Assembly (NCBI GenBank): GCA_965199825.1
Contig: OZ241329.1
Coordinates: 2,560,001 to 2,624,000 of the forward strand
Source: Bdellovibrionales bacterium
GTDB lineage: Bacteria; Bdellovibrionota; Bdellovibrionia; Bdellovibrionales; UBA1609
Direction: 5' to 3'
Length of the DNA: 64,000 bases
Positions 50,250 to 60,219 of this stretch are shown here, piece by piece (position 1 is the first letter of the stretch; each line of letters opens with the position of its first letter). Made by a program: the position numbers and the translations under genes. Below the pieces are notes generated by a model, which was not told the origin of the DNA, did not search any database, and saw only the letters and a list, made by a program, of their open reading frames with translations.

Positions 50250-50489
50250 ATGGCAACTAAGAAGGCATCTAAAAAAGCATCGAAGAAAAAAGCGACAAGC
50301 AAAAAAGCAACGAGCAAAAAGAAAGCATCAAAAAAGAAATCATCGGGTAAAAAACCTGGTCTTTATGCAAATATTCAAAAAGCTCAAGCACGACAAAAAA
50401 AGGGCGGAAAAAAAGTTCGCAAAAAAGGCGAAGCAGGCGCTCCCACCGATAAAGCATTCAAAAAAGCAAAACGAACAGCCAAAAAATAA
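50250..50489 (+). CDS. Lysine-rich histone H1-like small basic protein
   Basis: GGAGG SD, ATG 50250; KKAS/KKATS repeats followed by KPGLYANIQK...GAPT..AFKKAKRTAKK. Confidence 0.8.
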   Translation: MATKKASKKASKKKATSKKATSKKKASKKKSSGKKPGLYANIQKAQARQKKGGKKVRKKGEAGAPTDKAFKKAKRTAKK

Positions 50490-50498
50490 GTTTTCTTT

Positions 50499-50531
50499 AA
50501 AGAGGCGTCGATCTGTCGACCCTCTTTTTTT
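50499..50531 (+). terminator. Intrinsic terminator after the basic protein gene
   Basis: AAAGAGG-c-GTCGA-tctg-TCGAC-CCTCTTT hairpin followed by a T run. Confidence 0.7.
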
Positions 50532-50540
50532 GCCGATCGA

Positions 50541-51851
50541 TCACCGATGCAGAAATGTCCAAAACAGACTGATATTGGCAATGACGATCACCAAAAATAT
50601 GACACATGAAATTCCGAATGAGATCGATCCCAAAGCAAATTGATTCATAATCTTACGGCTCTGACTAAACTGAATAATCGGAATTAAAGTCAGCGGCAGC
50701 TGCAGACTTAACACCACTTGGCTGATCACCAATAGCTCGCTCACTCCCCCATCACCCAAAATCGAGATACCGATAAATGCGGGCACAAGAGCCAAGGATC
50801 GAGTGATGAGTCGCCTTTTCCAGCAAGGCATTTTGAGATTCAAAAAGCCCTCAAACAAAACTTGGCCCGCAATCGTTCCGGTTAAGGTTGAACTTTGCCC
50901 TGCTGCCAAAAGAGCAATCCCAAATAAAAATTTGCCCAGTGCTAGTCCGGTAAGGGGTTCAAGCAAACGATAAGCTTCGCTGATGTCGGTCACTGAGGTG
51001 TAACCCGATTTATTGAATGCCGCCGAGGCCATAATCAATATTGCTGCATTAACCAGAAAGGCGAAAAATAAGGTGGCACAAAGATCAAAATTAAAAAAGC
51101 GGATCGCACTTTTTTTATCTTCAAAGCTATCGCCAATATTGCGGGTGTGAACGATGGCAGAATGTAAAAAAAGATTGTGGGGCATCACGGTTGCACCAAG
51201 AATTCCAACTGCGATGTAGAGAGCCGTTCCTTGTGGAAATTCTAATGGAATCATGCCGTGCAAAACTTCATTCCACTGCGGCTTTACCAAAAATAATTCG
51301 ACAAAAAATGCAATCCCAATAGTTGATACGAGTCCGAGGATCAAAGCCTCAAGTCGCCGAAACCCTTTGCCCTGAAAGGCGAGCACAATCAGTGTGTCCA
51401 CCGATGTGAGCAAGATTCCAATGGGCATCGAAAAACCAAAAAGAAGATGAAATGCCAATGCACTTCCCAAAACTTCTGCAATATCGGTCGCAATAATTGC
51501 AACTTCACCTGAGAGCCAAAGCACAATGTTGACCGTTCGAGAGTATTGATCAAAACAGAGCTTTGCTAAGTCTTTTCCCGTGACCACTCCCAAGCGCATA
51601 CTCAAACTTTGCAAAAACATAGCGGTCATACTCGAAAACAAAATCACGTAGAGCAGGGTGTATCCAAAGCGCGAGCCGGCCTCGAGATCGGTGGCCCAAT
51701 TACCGGGATCCATGTAACCTACAGCGACCAATAAGCCAGGGCCAGTAAACAAAAGTAGTTTTTTTAAAAGACTAAGTTTTGGCGGGATATTAATTGCCCC
51801 TTCGACTTCGGATGGGCAAAAGGGCGCCGTAGCAATGTCGGGTAATTTCAT
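50541..51851 (-). CDS. mntH: Nramp family divalent metal (Mn2+) transporter
   Basis: GYMDPGNWATD, ILGATVMPHNLFLHS, GQSSTLTGT.AGQ, SQVVLSLQLP. Confidence 0.95.
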   Translation of the reverse strand: MKLPDIATAPFCPSEVEGAINIPPKLSLLKKLLLFTGPGLLVAVGYMDPGNWATDLEAGSRFGYTLLYVILFSSMTAMFLQSLSMRLGVVTGKDLAKLCFDQYSRTVNIVLWLSGEVAIIATDIAEVLGSALAFHLLFGFSMPIGILLTSVDTLIVLAFQGKGFRRLEALILGLVSTIGIAFFVELFLVKPQWNEVLHGMIPLEFPQGTALYIAVGILGATVMPHNLFLHSAIVHTRNIGDSFEDKKSAIRFFNFDLCATLFFAFLVNAAILIMASAAFNKSGYTSVTDISEAYRLLEPLTGLALGKFLFGIALLAAGQSSTLTGTIAGQVLFEGFLNLKMPCWKRRLITRSLALVPAFIGISILGDGGVSELLVISQVVLSLQLPLTLIPIIQFSQSRKIMNQFALGSISFGISCVIFLVIVIANISLFWTFLHR

Positions 51852-51881
51852 TGATTAAAAGGTTTAGCATGTCTTTTACTT

Positions 51882-52718
51882 TCAGGCCATGGCACGAGTG
51901 AATTTAAAATTGCCAATAAAGCTTCCAACGAGAATCAGGCCAAGGGCAAACAAAGTTTGGAGGCTTATGGTTTGGCCTCCAAAAATTACCAGCCATAATG
52001 TGGCGAGAACAATTATCAAATAGGATAAAGCACCGAGTTGTTTAGGGTCTCCATTTTTGATTGCAATGTCCCAGCAATAAAACCCAAGTCCGAGAGGTCC
52101 ACAGCCGAGCATAACAATCCAAAAATAATCTTGGCTTGAGAGATCGGCCGGGGGCTCAAAAAAATAATGGCAGATTAAACACAGGATTCCCGAAGCTAAA
52201 CAAAAACCTGAATTGGTAAAAGCAGAAAATGGTTTTACCAACTTTAAGCCCACAGAATAGAGCGCCCAAATCACCGCGGCTAAAAAGGCGAGACTCAGCC
52301 CAATAACTTCATTTGACCCGGCTAAGAGAGCCTCATAGCCCACAATCAAAAGTCCGATGAGTTTGAGAACCGCTCCAGCGATATGATTCCAGTGCAGCTC
52401 GCCGCCTAAAATGAGAACCGAAAAAAACACCAAGAGAATGGGCCAAAATTCTACAATAATTTGGGCACTCACTGGGGGAGCCATGCGGATCGCCACAAAG
52501 TAAATCGCATGAAAACCAAAGAATCCAAAAATTCCTAGTAACCAAACTTTGTAATCCAAACTGAACGAACGATAATGAAAGATTCCAAAAACACTGCCCA
52601 CAAGAAACGAAAGACCCGTCATTAAGTATGCTGGGACATGGGTTAAGGGTAAGGCTAAAACCGAAAGAGTCGACCATATGATGACTGCTGTCAGTCCGAG
52701 CCAAAAATTTTTATTCAT
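51882..52718 (-). CDS. DMT/EamA family transporter
   Basis: Ten-TM duplicated pattern, WALYS, GFYCWDIAIKNGD. Confidence 0.88.
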   Translation of the reverse strand: MNKNFWLGLTAVIIWSTLSVLALPLTHVPAYLMTGLSFLVGSVFGIFHYRSFSLDYKVWLLGIFGFFGFHAIYFVAIRMAPPVSAQIIVEFWPILLVFFSVLILGGELHWNHIAGAVLKLIGLLIVGYEALLAGSNEVIGLSLAFLAAVIWALYSVGLKLVKPFSAFTNSGFCLASGILCLICHYFFEPPADLSSQDYFWIVMLGCGPLGLGFYCWDIAIKNGDPKQLGALSYLIIVLATLWLVIFGGQTISLQTLFALGLILVGSFIGNFKFTRAMA

Positions 52719-52801
52719 AAATTACTTTTTTCAGAACTTCGTAAGCTTGACCACTTCTATTTGTAAAATTAGAAGTAGGCATCTTTAACAAAAGGAAAAA
52801 A

Positions 52802-53305
52802 ATGCGAGCTGCTTTGATTTTGATTTTTATTTCGAGCGCGGTTGGTCACGCTCAGGTCTCTTCTGAAACTGTTCTTGGACAAGCTAAACATATGGCCACA
52901 GCGGGTGTGAGCTTTACTCCAGGTGGACTTGCGGTGGGTTTAGAATATGAAAATAATTTTGACCGCACCTACGGGCTTGGCGCTCAGTTGCGCATTTCGG
53001 CTAAACAAGATCAGCCTGCGGTTCCTGGCGTTACAGCTGTTGGTGGATTTGTGCGACCCCATTTTACCAGAGGCCCTTGGGATTTAAGCATTGCTCCAGG
53101 TCTTGCAATTTTGATGTTGAGTTCGCCAAATTCGCGAGCCGATGTGACTGGATTTGGTCCCACATTTTCTATGACGTTAATGTATCAAATGACCAACCAG
53201 CTCGCGATAGGTGCCGAAAATTATCATGCTTATGATTGGACCGGATCCGCGTATCGTGGACAAGTGTCCAACGATACCATGGCTCGCGTCCGTCTTAATT
53301 TTTAA
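52802..53305 (+). CDS. Small outer membrane beta-barrel protein
   Basis: Signal peptide, amphipathic strands, terminal VRLNF. Confidence 0.65.
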   Translation: MRAALILIFISSAVGHAQVSSETVLGQAKHMATAGVSFTPGGLAVGLEYENNFDRTYGLGAQLRISAKQDQPAVPGVTAVGGFVRPHFTRGPWDLSIAPGLAILMLSSPNSRADVTGFGPTFSMTLMYQMTNQLAIGAENYHAYDWTGSAYRGQVSNDTMARVRLNF

Positions 53306-55122
53306 TCTGCTTTTGCCAAAGCTTTGGACCAATTTTCGATTTGGTCCAAAGTTTTTAGTGAGGCATTGCTGAATGCAACTCCATAAGCTTTATTTTCAGC
53401 GCTCCACACAATTTCGCCTGCAACTTCGATCTGCTCGACACCGTCGGGACTGCTGATCTTCATGCTAACAATTCCACCTTTTTCGAGAAGGGCTTTGGTG
53501 TTGATCTGAACTCCACCCATCGAAATTGTGCTCACCGATCCAACAAGTTCATGATCCCCCATTTTGAGGCGAACTTCGCTGTTGAGTTGAAACCGCTCAT
53601 AGCGACGCTGATCTTTGCCATCTTGTTTGCGCATTCGTAAGATCATTACGATGGGCGCAAGAAGCATTGAGATTACCAAAATTTTTCCCAATGGATTTGG
53701 GGGATTGCCGCGGCCCTGATTGTTCACGTCAGTCGCCATTTTTTGGACGCGCCCGCAACCCGCGGCCGAAGTGGAATCTGCACTGGCAGGACTCCGCACA
53801 CTTGCGGCCGAGTAGGTCGGTTGAGTGGTTAACACTGCCGCATATTTCGCACCCGAAATGGAATTGAGAGTGTTCACACGCCCTCTTGAAATGACACTTG
53901 ATGCGAGTTGGGGTTGTTGATCGACCTGAGTCATCAAGATCGAGCGAATCTGATTGCCCAACATATGGGGGGCCTCACGCTTCATCAATGCGGCGATTCC
54001 GCTCACAAAGGGTGTGGCCATACTTGTTCCACTCATTGAGCCGTAGTAGCCGCCAGGAAGAGTACTGAGAATATAAACTCCTGGCGATCCCACATGCACC
54101 GAATTCATTCCAAAATTTGAAAAGCTTGCGAGATTGTCATTATCATCGGTAGCCGCAACCGAAATCACGTTGGGTACATTATAATTGGCAGGATACATAT
54201 CGGTGGTGTCATTGTTTGCGGCGGCATTTCCGGCTGCTGCAGAAAACACCATTCCATGCGTGTAGGTGGCCGCAATCGCGTCTTGTAGAGCTGCACTGTA
54301 AGCCGAGCCTCCCCAAGAATTGTTAACAATGGTCGCTCCATTATTAATGGCATAATAAATTGCGTTGATCGCATTGCTCGTGCTGCCAACACCATTTGAA
54401 TCCAAAAACTTCAATGGCATAATTCGAATTTTAGCTGGCGACATATGAGAGGAGTCGTAAATATTTTGACCCACTCCTAAAATGATTCCTGATACGTGAG
54501 TGCCGTGGCCGTCATCATCAAGCATTTGATTTGAAGCACTCACAAAATTCCATCCCACAACATCATCGATATAACCGTTGTGATCATCATCGATACCATT
54601 GTTCGCAATTTCGTTGGGATTCGTCCAAATCGCTCCTGAATTTACGAACACGGGATGAGTGGTATCAAGACCCGAATCAATCACCGCCACAATAGGTATC
54701 GATGACGATGTTGAAGTGGATTCGTATTGCCAAACTTGTGTCCCATTGATGGGAGCCCCAGTCATAGGATCACTTGTGGAAGAAGTTTGAGCCACCTGCT
54801 GCATTTGTGAATCAGAAAGTTTTTGGGGCTCGCCCGACGCCGCTTTTGAAACGTAGTAATTGGGTTCGGCGTACTCAACATCAGGATCATTATTTAAAGT
54901 GCTTAAAGTATTTTGTAAATCTTGGCCGGGCTTAAGAGCGTAGTGGTACATATTGAGACGATCCCACGAGGTTTTCATCACCATCGCTCGTCGGACTCGA
55001 GCCTTTGCTTGAAACGAATAGGCTGAGACTGAATCTGACGCGCCTTTAACTTTCACAATCACTTCGCCAGGGACGTAACCCAAATTTTGAGCAACCGAAA
55101 ACAGCGGAAAACAAAGACTCAA
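53302..55122 (-). CDS. S8 (subtilisin-like) serine peptidase with propeptide, C-terminal TM and PilZ domain
   Basis: YAEPNY propeptide; catalytic triad VAVIDSG, HGTHVSG, GTSMATP; TM helix, then RRYER...ISMGG PilZ-like domain. Confidence 0.9.
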   Translation of the reverse strand: MSLCFPLFSVAQNLGYVPGEVIVKVKGASDSVSAYSFQAKARVRRAMVMKTSWDRLNMYHYALKPGQDLQNTLSTLNNDPDVEYAEPNYYVSKAASGEPQKLSDSQMQQVAQTSSTSDPMTGAPINGTQVWQYESTSTSSSIPIVAVIDSGLDTTHPVFVNSGAIWTNPNEIANNGIDDDHNGYIDDVVGWNFVSASNQMLDDDGHGTHVSGIILGVGQNIYDSSHMSPAKIRIMPLKFLDSNGVGSTSNAINAIYYAINNGATIVNNSWGGSAYSAALQDAIAATYTHGMVFSAAAGNAAANNDTTDMYPANYNVPNVISVAATDDNDNLASFSNFGMNSVHVGSPGVYILSTLPGGYYGSMSGTSMATPFVSGIAALMKREAPHMLGNQIRSILMTQVDQQPQLASSVISRGRVNTLNSISGAKYAAVLTTQPTYSAASVRSPASADSTSAAGCGRVQKMATDVNNQGRGNPPNPLGKILVISMLLAPIVMILRMRKQDGKDQRRYERFQLNSEVRLKMGDHELVGSVSTISMGGVQINTKALLEKGGIVSMKISSPDGVEQIEVAGEIVWSAENKAYGVAFSNASLKTLDQIENWSKALAKAD

Positions 55123-55165
55123 AATAAGGATGTAGATATGCCCCTCCCAGTATTGGTTCCAATAT

Positions 55166-55193
55166 TCATCGGACCAAAGTCAGGAGGAGTTGA
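55166..55193 (-). promoter_or_regulatory. Putative sigma28 (FliA)-type promoter of the S8 peptidase
   Basis: TCAAC-15 bp-TCCGATGA on the minus strand, upstream of a GGAGG SD. Confidence 0.4.
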
Positions 55194-55251
55194 GAGCAAA
55201 CAAGCTAAATATTTTGATAATTATTTAGCCAGTGTTTCAATTCGAAACACT

Positions 55252-56745
55252 TTATTCTTCTGAGGCAATCATTTCGGTACTGCGGGTAATATGCGCCTTT
55301 TTTTGCTCATTTCGATACCAAGTTTCAAAGATTTCATTGGAGCGTTTATCAGGCGGAGCCAATGCTGCTGGATCTTTTTTGGGTGGAGAATTTGTGATCC
55401 CTTTGACATCGACCACCAAGAACGATCCGCGATTTTGTACCAATTCGGGAACCAAACCTGAGCGGGTCTTGCGCTTGGCAATCTCATCAAAAACCGGAGC
55501 GGATTCACCAAGTAAAGGGGTAAAATTTTGCGACAGAGCAAGCTCCCCTGCCGATTCCATTTTTATACCCAAACTACTTAAGGTTTTTAAAACTTCTTCG
55601 CGATGATTTTCTTTTAAATTTTTCTCGATCTGTTTGATCACATCCTCAACCTGAGATTCGGCCCACATGTGTTGAGCGATCTGCTTTTCGACCTGTTCTA
55701 AATTTTGGGTTTTGGCGGGGTGATGATCTTTAACAAAGATCAGGTGATAACCATGATTGGTTTTGATCGGGTCGCTAATTTTGCCTTTTTCAAGTTGAAA
55801 GGCCGCATCCTCAAATTCTTTAACCATTTTGCCGCGAGCAAAAAAACCGAGCTCGCCACTTTTGGTTTTTGAGCCTTCATCTTCAGAAAATTTCTTTGCC
55901 ATCTCGCCAAAGTTTTTAACATTTACTTTAGCTGCTAAATCACGAATTTTTTCTTCGGCTTGTTTTTCTGAAGTTTTGTCGCCACTTTTAAATTTGATCA
56001 GAATATGCGACGCACTCACCTCCTCGGGTGAAGAATACTTGGTTTTGTTGTCGCTAAAATATTTGTCCACTTTTTCTTTGTTTGCTTTGAGATATTCATC
56101 GAGCTGTTGCGATTTTACCGGAATCTTTTCTATGATTTGTTCACGATTAAATTTGGCCACACTGAGATTTACTTTAAGGCTATCTGCCAATTTATTTTGC
56201 TCAGCTTCTTGAGGAATCGTTTTAAGACTATTCATAAAAAGGCGTTGCATCTCGGTGAGCAAAATCTCCTTACCCAATTTAGTTTCAAACGACTGAGGGT
56301 AAAGATTGTTGGCTTGTAAAATCTGATCATAGCGTTCACGCGAAAAATGACCGTCTTCTTGAAAAACCGGAATCGCCAATATTTTTTGGCGAATCTCACC
56401 GCTTGCGACTTTGAGGCCCTGTTTTTCAGCGCGCTGCGAGATGAGCTCAAACATGATCAATTCTTCGAGCGCGCGGGTCCTGATTGTTTTGTCAAAATAA
56501 GTGCGTTGCGCTTCGGGGAGACCTTCAAGGCGTGAGCTAAATTGCTCTTGCATCCGCCTGACAGCTTGATTGTAATCGGCAGAGGAGATCACAGCTTCAT
56601 TTACTCTTGCCGCCGCTCCTCCGGCCTGCATCATGCCGTTTCCTGGATTCATCCCAAAGAGGACGAACACCAAACAAATGGCGCCAAAAATTAAAGTGGC
56701 AAATATGCTTTTCGCTCGTCCGGGTTTGCGTAATCTTTCGAACAC
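55252..56745 (-). CDS. ppiD: PpiD/SurA-type membrane-anchored peptidyl-prolyl isomerase
   Basis: N-terminal TM, SurA-N domain, parvulin motifs ASHILIK, SEDEGS...GELGFF, GYHLI. GAGGAG SD favours GTG 56745. Confidence 0.88.
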   Translation of the reverse strand: MFERLRKPGRAKSIFATLIFGAICLVFVLFGMNPGNGMMQAGGAAARVNEAVISSADYNQAVRRMQEQFSSRLEGLPEAQRTYFDKTIRTRALEELIMFELISQRAEKQGLKVASGEIRQKILAIPVFQEDGHFSRERYDQILQANNLYPQSFETKLGKEILLTEMQRLFMNSLKTIPQEAEQNKLADSLKVNLSVAKFNREQIIEKIPVKSQQLDEYLKANKEKVDKYFSDNKTKYSSPEEVSASHILIKFKSGDKTSEKQAEEKIRDLAAKVNVKNFGEMAKKFSEDEGSKTKSGELGFFARGKMVKEFEDAAFQLEKGKISDPIKTNHGYHLIFVKDHHPAKTQNLEQVEKQIAQHMWAESQVEDVIKQIEKNLKENHREEVLKTLSSLGIKMESAGELALSQNFTPLLGESAPVFDEIAKRKTRSGLVPELVQNRGSFLVVDVKGITNSPPKKDPAALAPPDKRSNEIFETWYRNEQKKAHITRSTEMIASEE

Positions 56746-56867
56746 AATCATCTCCTCTTGAAAAGCTGATAGCTTGCCCAAATGCGCAGTCTTTTTTCAA
56801 GGAGAATTGTTGGAAAGTGAGTAAGAATTTTGCTAGCGTTGAAAACAGCTTGGGGGGCTTAGCAACT

Positions 56868-57701
56868 TTGAACTTCTTTACTTTTGATCTGCGTAAGGTT
56901 TTTTTACTTCTTCTTGTGGTGATTTTACCTCTGATAACCATCAATCTTCAGCGGAAATCCGACGAGACTCTTTGGTTTTTAAGACCTTTTACCTATTCAG
57001 CTGGACTTGTGGAACAGGCCTACTCCAGTTTTTCTTCTGGAGTGCGTGGCACCACAACTCTTTATCTTGATCTGATCAATATCAAACGCGACAACCGCAC
57101 ACTGCTCACCGAAAACCAAGAGCTACGGGCAAAACTTGGGACCATGACCGAGCTCGAAATGGAAAATAAAAGATTAAACACTCTTCTTGGATTTAAACAA
57201 AAATCGGCAATGGCTTTGCTTGCGGCAAAAGTGATCGGCAAGGATGCTTTAAGTGAGCACAACACCATCATCATTAATCGCGGTCTTGAACACGGAATTC
57301 GAAAAAATATGGCGGTCCTCACAGTGGGCGGCGTTGTGGGTTACATCTTTCGACCTGAAGCTCACTCCTCACAAATTATGCTTTTGACCGATCGTTACGC
57401 CGCCATTGATGCAATCATTCAGCGTTCGCGTGCTCGCGGAATTGTTGAAGGTCACTCGCGTGATGATTGCCGAATGCGCTATTTAAAACGCGATGATGAT
57501 GTAAAAGAAAATGATTTAGTTGTGACCAGTGGCTTAAACAATGTGTTTCCAAAAGGATTTCCGGTTGGAACAGTGACCTCCACCCGTCGCAGTAAATATG
57601 GAATGAGCCAAGAAATCGAAATCAAGCCTGCGGTAAACCCATTAAATTTAGAAGAAGTTTTTATTGTTCTCAATGCCAACCAAGAGGATTTTAACCCGTG
57701 A
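56868..57701 (+). CDS. mreC: Rod shape-determining protein MreC
   Basis: TM, coiled coil EN.RL..LL, INRG...G, VVTSGL..VFPKGFPVG; start taken at TTG 56868. Confidence 0.93.
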   Translation: MNFFTFDLRKVFLLLLVVILPLITINLQRKSDETLWFLRPFTYSAGLVEQAYSSFSSGVRGTTTLYLDLINIKRDNRTLLTENQELRAKLGTMTELEMENKRLNTLLGFKQKSAMALLAAKVIGKDALSEHNTIIINRGLEHGIRKNMAVLTVGGVVGYIFRPEAHSSQIMLLTDRYAAIDAIIQRSRARGIVEGHSRDDCRMRYLKRDDDVKENDLVVTSGLNNVFPKGFPVGTVTSTRRSKYGMSQEIEIKPAVNPLNLEEVFIVLNANQEDFNP

Positions 57702-58240
57702 GGATGAAGGGGTTTTGGCTCGCGTTAAATGCCCTATTATTTTTAATTGCCGGTTTTTTATGCTTAGGCCTTCAATGCTCTCTGTGGCTTCAAACTTTGG
57801 GTGGAACTCCTGCACCCCATTTGTGGATTCCATTTTTGGTTTACTTTGCGATTTATCGCCAACGCTTAGAAAGTATTTTGGGAATTTATGGAATTGCCGC
57901 AGCTTTGAGTAGTTTTTCGGCTGCACCTTTTGGACTGCTGCTTGTGGCGTGTCTATTAATTTATTTTGCGGTGGACACATTTAAACAAAGAATATTTTGG
58001 GGCGGGGTCGGATTTTTTTCGATGGTCATTGGAGCTGTGAGTTTTGGTTTGCCCTTTGTGATGCTCGCAATGTCTTGGATCTTTGATAAAAATGCGATCA
58101 GAAATTTTCCGTTAATCAATCCGATCATTTCCGCATTACTCACGATTTTATCGAGCTTTCCGCTGTACGGTATATTTTCAAAAATTGACCGGCTCACAAG
58201 TAAGGAGCTGCCAGCAGAAGCAGGCAGACAAACGTTATGA
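57698..58240 (+). CDS. mreD: Rod shape-determining protein MreD
   Basis: Hydrophobic multi-pass protein between mreC and mrdA. Confidence 0.75.
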   Translation: MRMKGFWLALNALLFLIAGFLCLGLQCSLWLQTLGGTPAPHLWIPFLVYFAIYRQRLESILGIYGIAAALSSFSAAPFGLLLVACLLIYFAVDTFKQRIFWGGVGFFSMVIGAVSFGLPFVMLAMSWIFDKNAIRNFPLINPIISALLTILSSFPLYGIFSKIDRLTSKELPAEAGRQTL

Positions 58241-60219
58241 GCAGCTACCTTACAAATTCAGAGGAAGAAGCGCGCGAGTATCAACCGCGCTACCGCGTAT
58301 TTTATATTTGCCTTGCTGTGGTGTCGTTATTAGTCGTCAGCCGACTCTGGTTTTTACAAGTCATCCAAGGCAGTGAGCTCAGGCGATTTTCAGAAAAAAA
58401 CCGTGTTAAGGAAACAAAAATTCCGGCTCCTCGCGGCCTAATTTTAGACCGCGAAGGAAAAGTTTTGGTCGATAATCTGCCCGGATTCGAGGCGACGATT
58501 TCACCCCAGTATGCCACTCATCTTGAGGCCACGGCCGAGGCCGTTGGGCAAGCCTTGGGAATTCCACCCACACGTATTGTGCAGGATGTGAAGCGCAGTC
58601 GTTACCGCAATGGTCCCTTTCGACCGGTCAAAGTAAAAGACAACCTGACGCTTGATCAGGTTTACGCTCTCAAAATGCTGCGTTGGGATAATCCTGGCCT
58701 CAATATCAACGAGACGATTTTGCGGCATTATCCTTTAGGCCAAGCCGCCTCGCAGGTTTTGGGTTACGTCGGTGAAATTTCTAAAGAACAACTTGAGCGA
58801 TTCAATCGTCATCTCAAAGAGGAAGAATTTTTTGAGCAAGGCGACATCATTGGTAAATCGGGTTTAGAAGAAATTTGGGATCAAGATATTCGCGGCACCG
58901 ATGGTGTGACGTTTGTTGAAGTCGATGCCCACGGCAGAGAAGCTGCCACAGAAACCGCTGCGGTCTTAGGCTTTCAACCGATCGATGCCTTACCCGGAGC
59001 AAACGTTGTGTTGACTCTTGATCGTGAATTGCAAGAAGCCGCTTTTAAAGCCACCCAACGCGATGATGCTTATGGCCACCGCATTGGTGGAGTGGTCGCG
59101 ATGAAATCCAATGGTGAAATTTTAGCGTGGGTCAACACTCCCTCGTTTGATCCAAATGAATTTGCTGCAGGAATTTCTGCAAGCATTTGGTCTAAGTTGG
59201 TTAACGATCCCTTTAAGCCTTTGCGTGATAAGGTGATTCAGGATCATTTTTCGCCCGGTTCAACCTTTAAGGCGATTGTTGCACTTGCGGCCTTGCAAGA
59301 AAAAATTGTGACACCTCAACAATATGTGTTTGCCCCCTCGTCGATCAAATTTGGCAACCGTGTTTATCATGATCACACCCAAACCGGTTTTGGAAATGTG
59401 ACGATCTATGATGCGCTTGAGAGATCCTCAAACGTCTTTTTTTATAAAATGGGAATTGCCCTTGGAATTGACCGCATCGCCACCTACGCTCGCGGTTTAG
59501 GACTTGGAACCCGCACCGGGATTGAACTCAACAACGAAGTTCCAGGCCTTATGCCTTCAACCGAATGGAAATTAAAAACGATTGGTGAAGAATGGCAGCC
59601 GGGAGAAAATTTAAGCAATGCGATCGGCCAAGGATTTGTTTTGGCCACCGCATTACAAATGGCGGTTGCTTATAATTCGATTGGTTTACTCGGAAAAGTA
59701 TTTAAACCTTTTTTGGTCAATCGATTGATGAATCAAGACAATCGGGTGCTCAAAGAATATCAACCAAAGCTTGTGAGAGATTTATCTGATCCAAAGTCTG
59801 AGGCCCATATTGATATTAAAAATTTTGAAGTGGTGCGTGAGGGTCTTCGCCGTGTGGCCAATGGTGAGCATGGAACAGCACGATTTTGGAAAATTCCCGG
59901 AATCGAAATGGCCGGAAAAACCGGAACAAGTCAGGTGAAGTCATTTACCGCTGATCAGATTTATAAAGATTGTATGTCTCGCCCTCTTCAAGATCGCCAT
60001 CATGGCTGGTTTGTGGCATTTGCTCCTGCGATCAATCCCGAGATCACGGTTGCGGTGCTTGCAGAACATGCCTGTCACGGCAACACTGCAGGCGCTCCCG
60101 TGGTCAGAGATATCATGCTCGCATACTTCAAAAAATATCATCCCGAGCTCTTAAAAATTGAGCCAAAAATTTTGCCACCTTCGGTACGCGGCCATGTTGA
60201 AACTAATGACGGAGAATAA
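58237..60219 (+). CDS. mrdA: Penicillin-binding protein 2
   Basis: APRGLILDR, GKSGLE, SPGSTFK (SxxK), SSN (SxN), KTG. Confidence 0.96.
   Translation: MSSYLTNSEEEAREYQPRYRVFYICLAVVSLLVVSRLWFLQVIQGSELRRFSEKNRVKETKIPAPRGLILDREGKVLVDNLPGFEATISPQYATHLEATAEAVGQALGIPPTRIVQDVKRSRYRNGPFRPVKVKDNLTLDQVYALKMLRWDNPGLNINETILRHYPLGQAASQVLGYVGEISKEQLERFNRHLKEEEFFEQGDIIGKSGLEEIWDQDIRGTDGVTFVEVDAHGREAATETAAVLGFQPIDALPGANVVLTLDRELQEAAFKATQRDDAYGHRIGGVVAMKSNGEILAWVNTPSFDPNEFAAGISASIWSKLVNDPFKPLRDKVIQDHFSPGSTFKAIVALAALQEKIVTPQQYVFAPSSIKFGNRVYHDHTQTGFGNVTIYDALERSSNVFFYKMGIALGIDRIATYARGLGLGTRTGIELNNEVPGLMPSTEWKLKTIGEEWQPGENLSNAIGQGFVLATALQMAVAYNSIGLLGKVFKPFLVNRLMNQDNRVLKEYQPKLVRDLSDPKSEAHIDIKNFEVVREGLRRVANGEHGTARFWKIPGIEMAGKTGTSQVKSFTADQIYKDCMSRPLQDRHHGWFVAFAPAINPEITVAVLAEHACHGNTAGAPVVRDIMLAYFKKYHPELLKIEPKILPPSVRGHVETNDGE

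Noticed and set aside
50200..50643. 147-aa basic ORF overlapping the H1-like gene
   Set aside because: Alternative frame running through the terminator into mntH; the SD supports the 50250 frame.
49415..53305. Integrative island at tRNA-Leu
   Set aside because: Accessory-looking genes follow the tRNA, but I saw no integrase and no duplicated tRNA 3' end.
56746..56867. Missing mreB upstream of mreC
   Set aside because: mreB can be unlinked from mreCD; no remnant is seen, so this is not evidence of loss.
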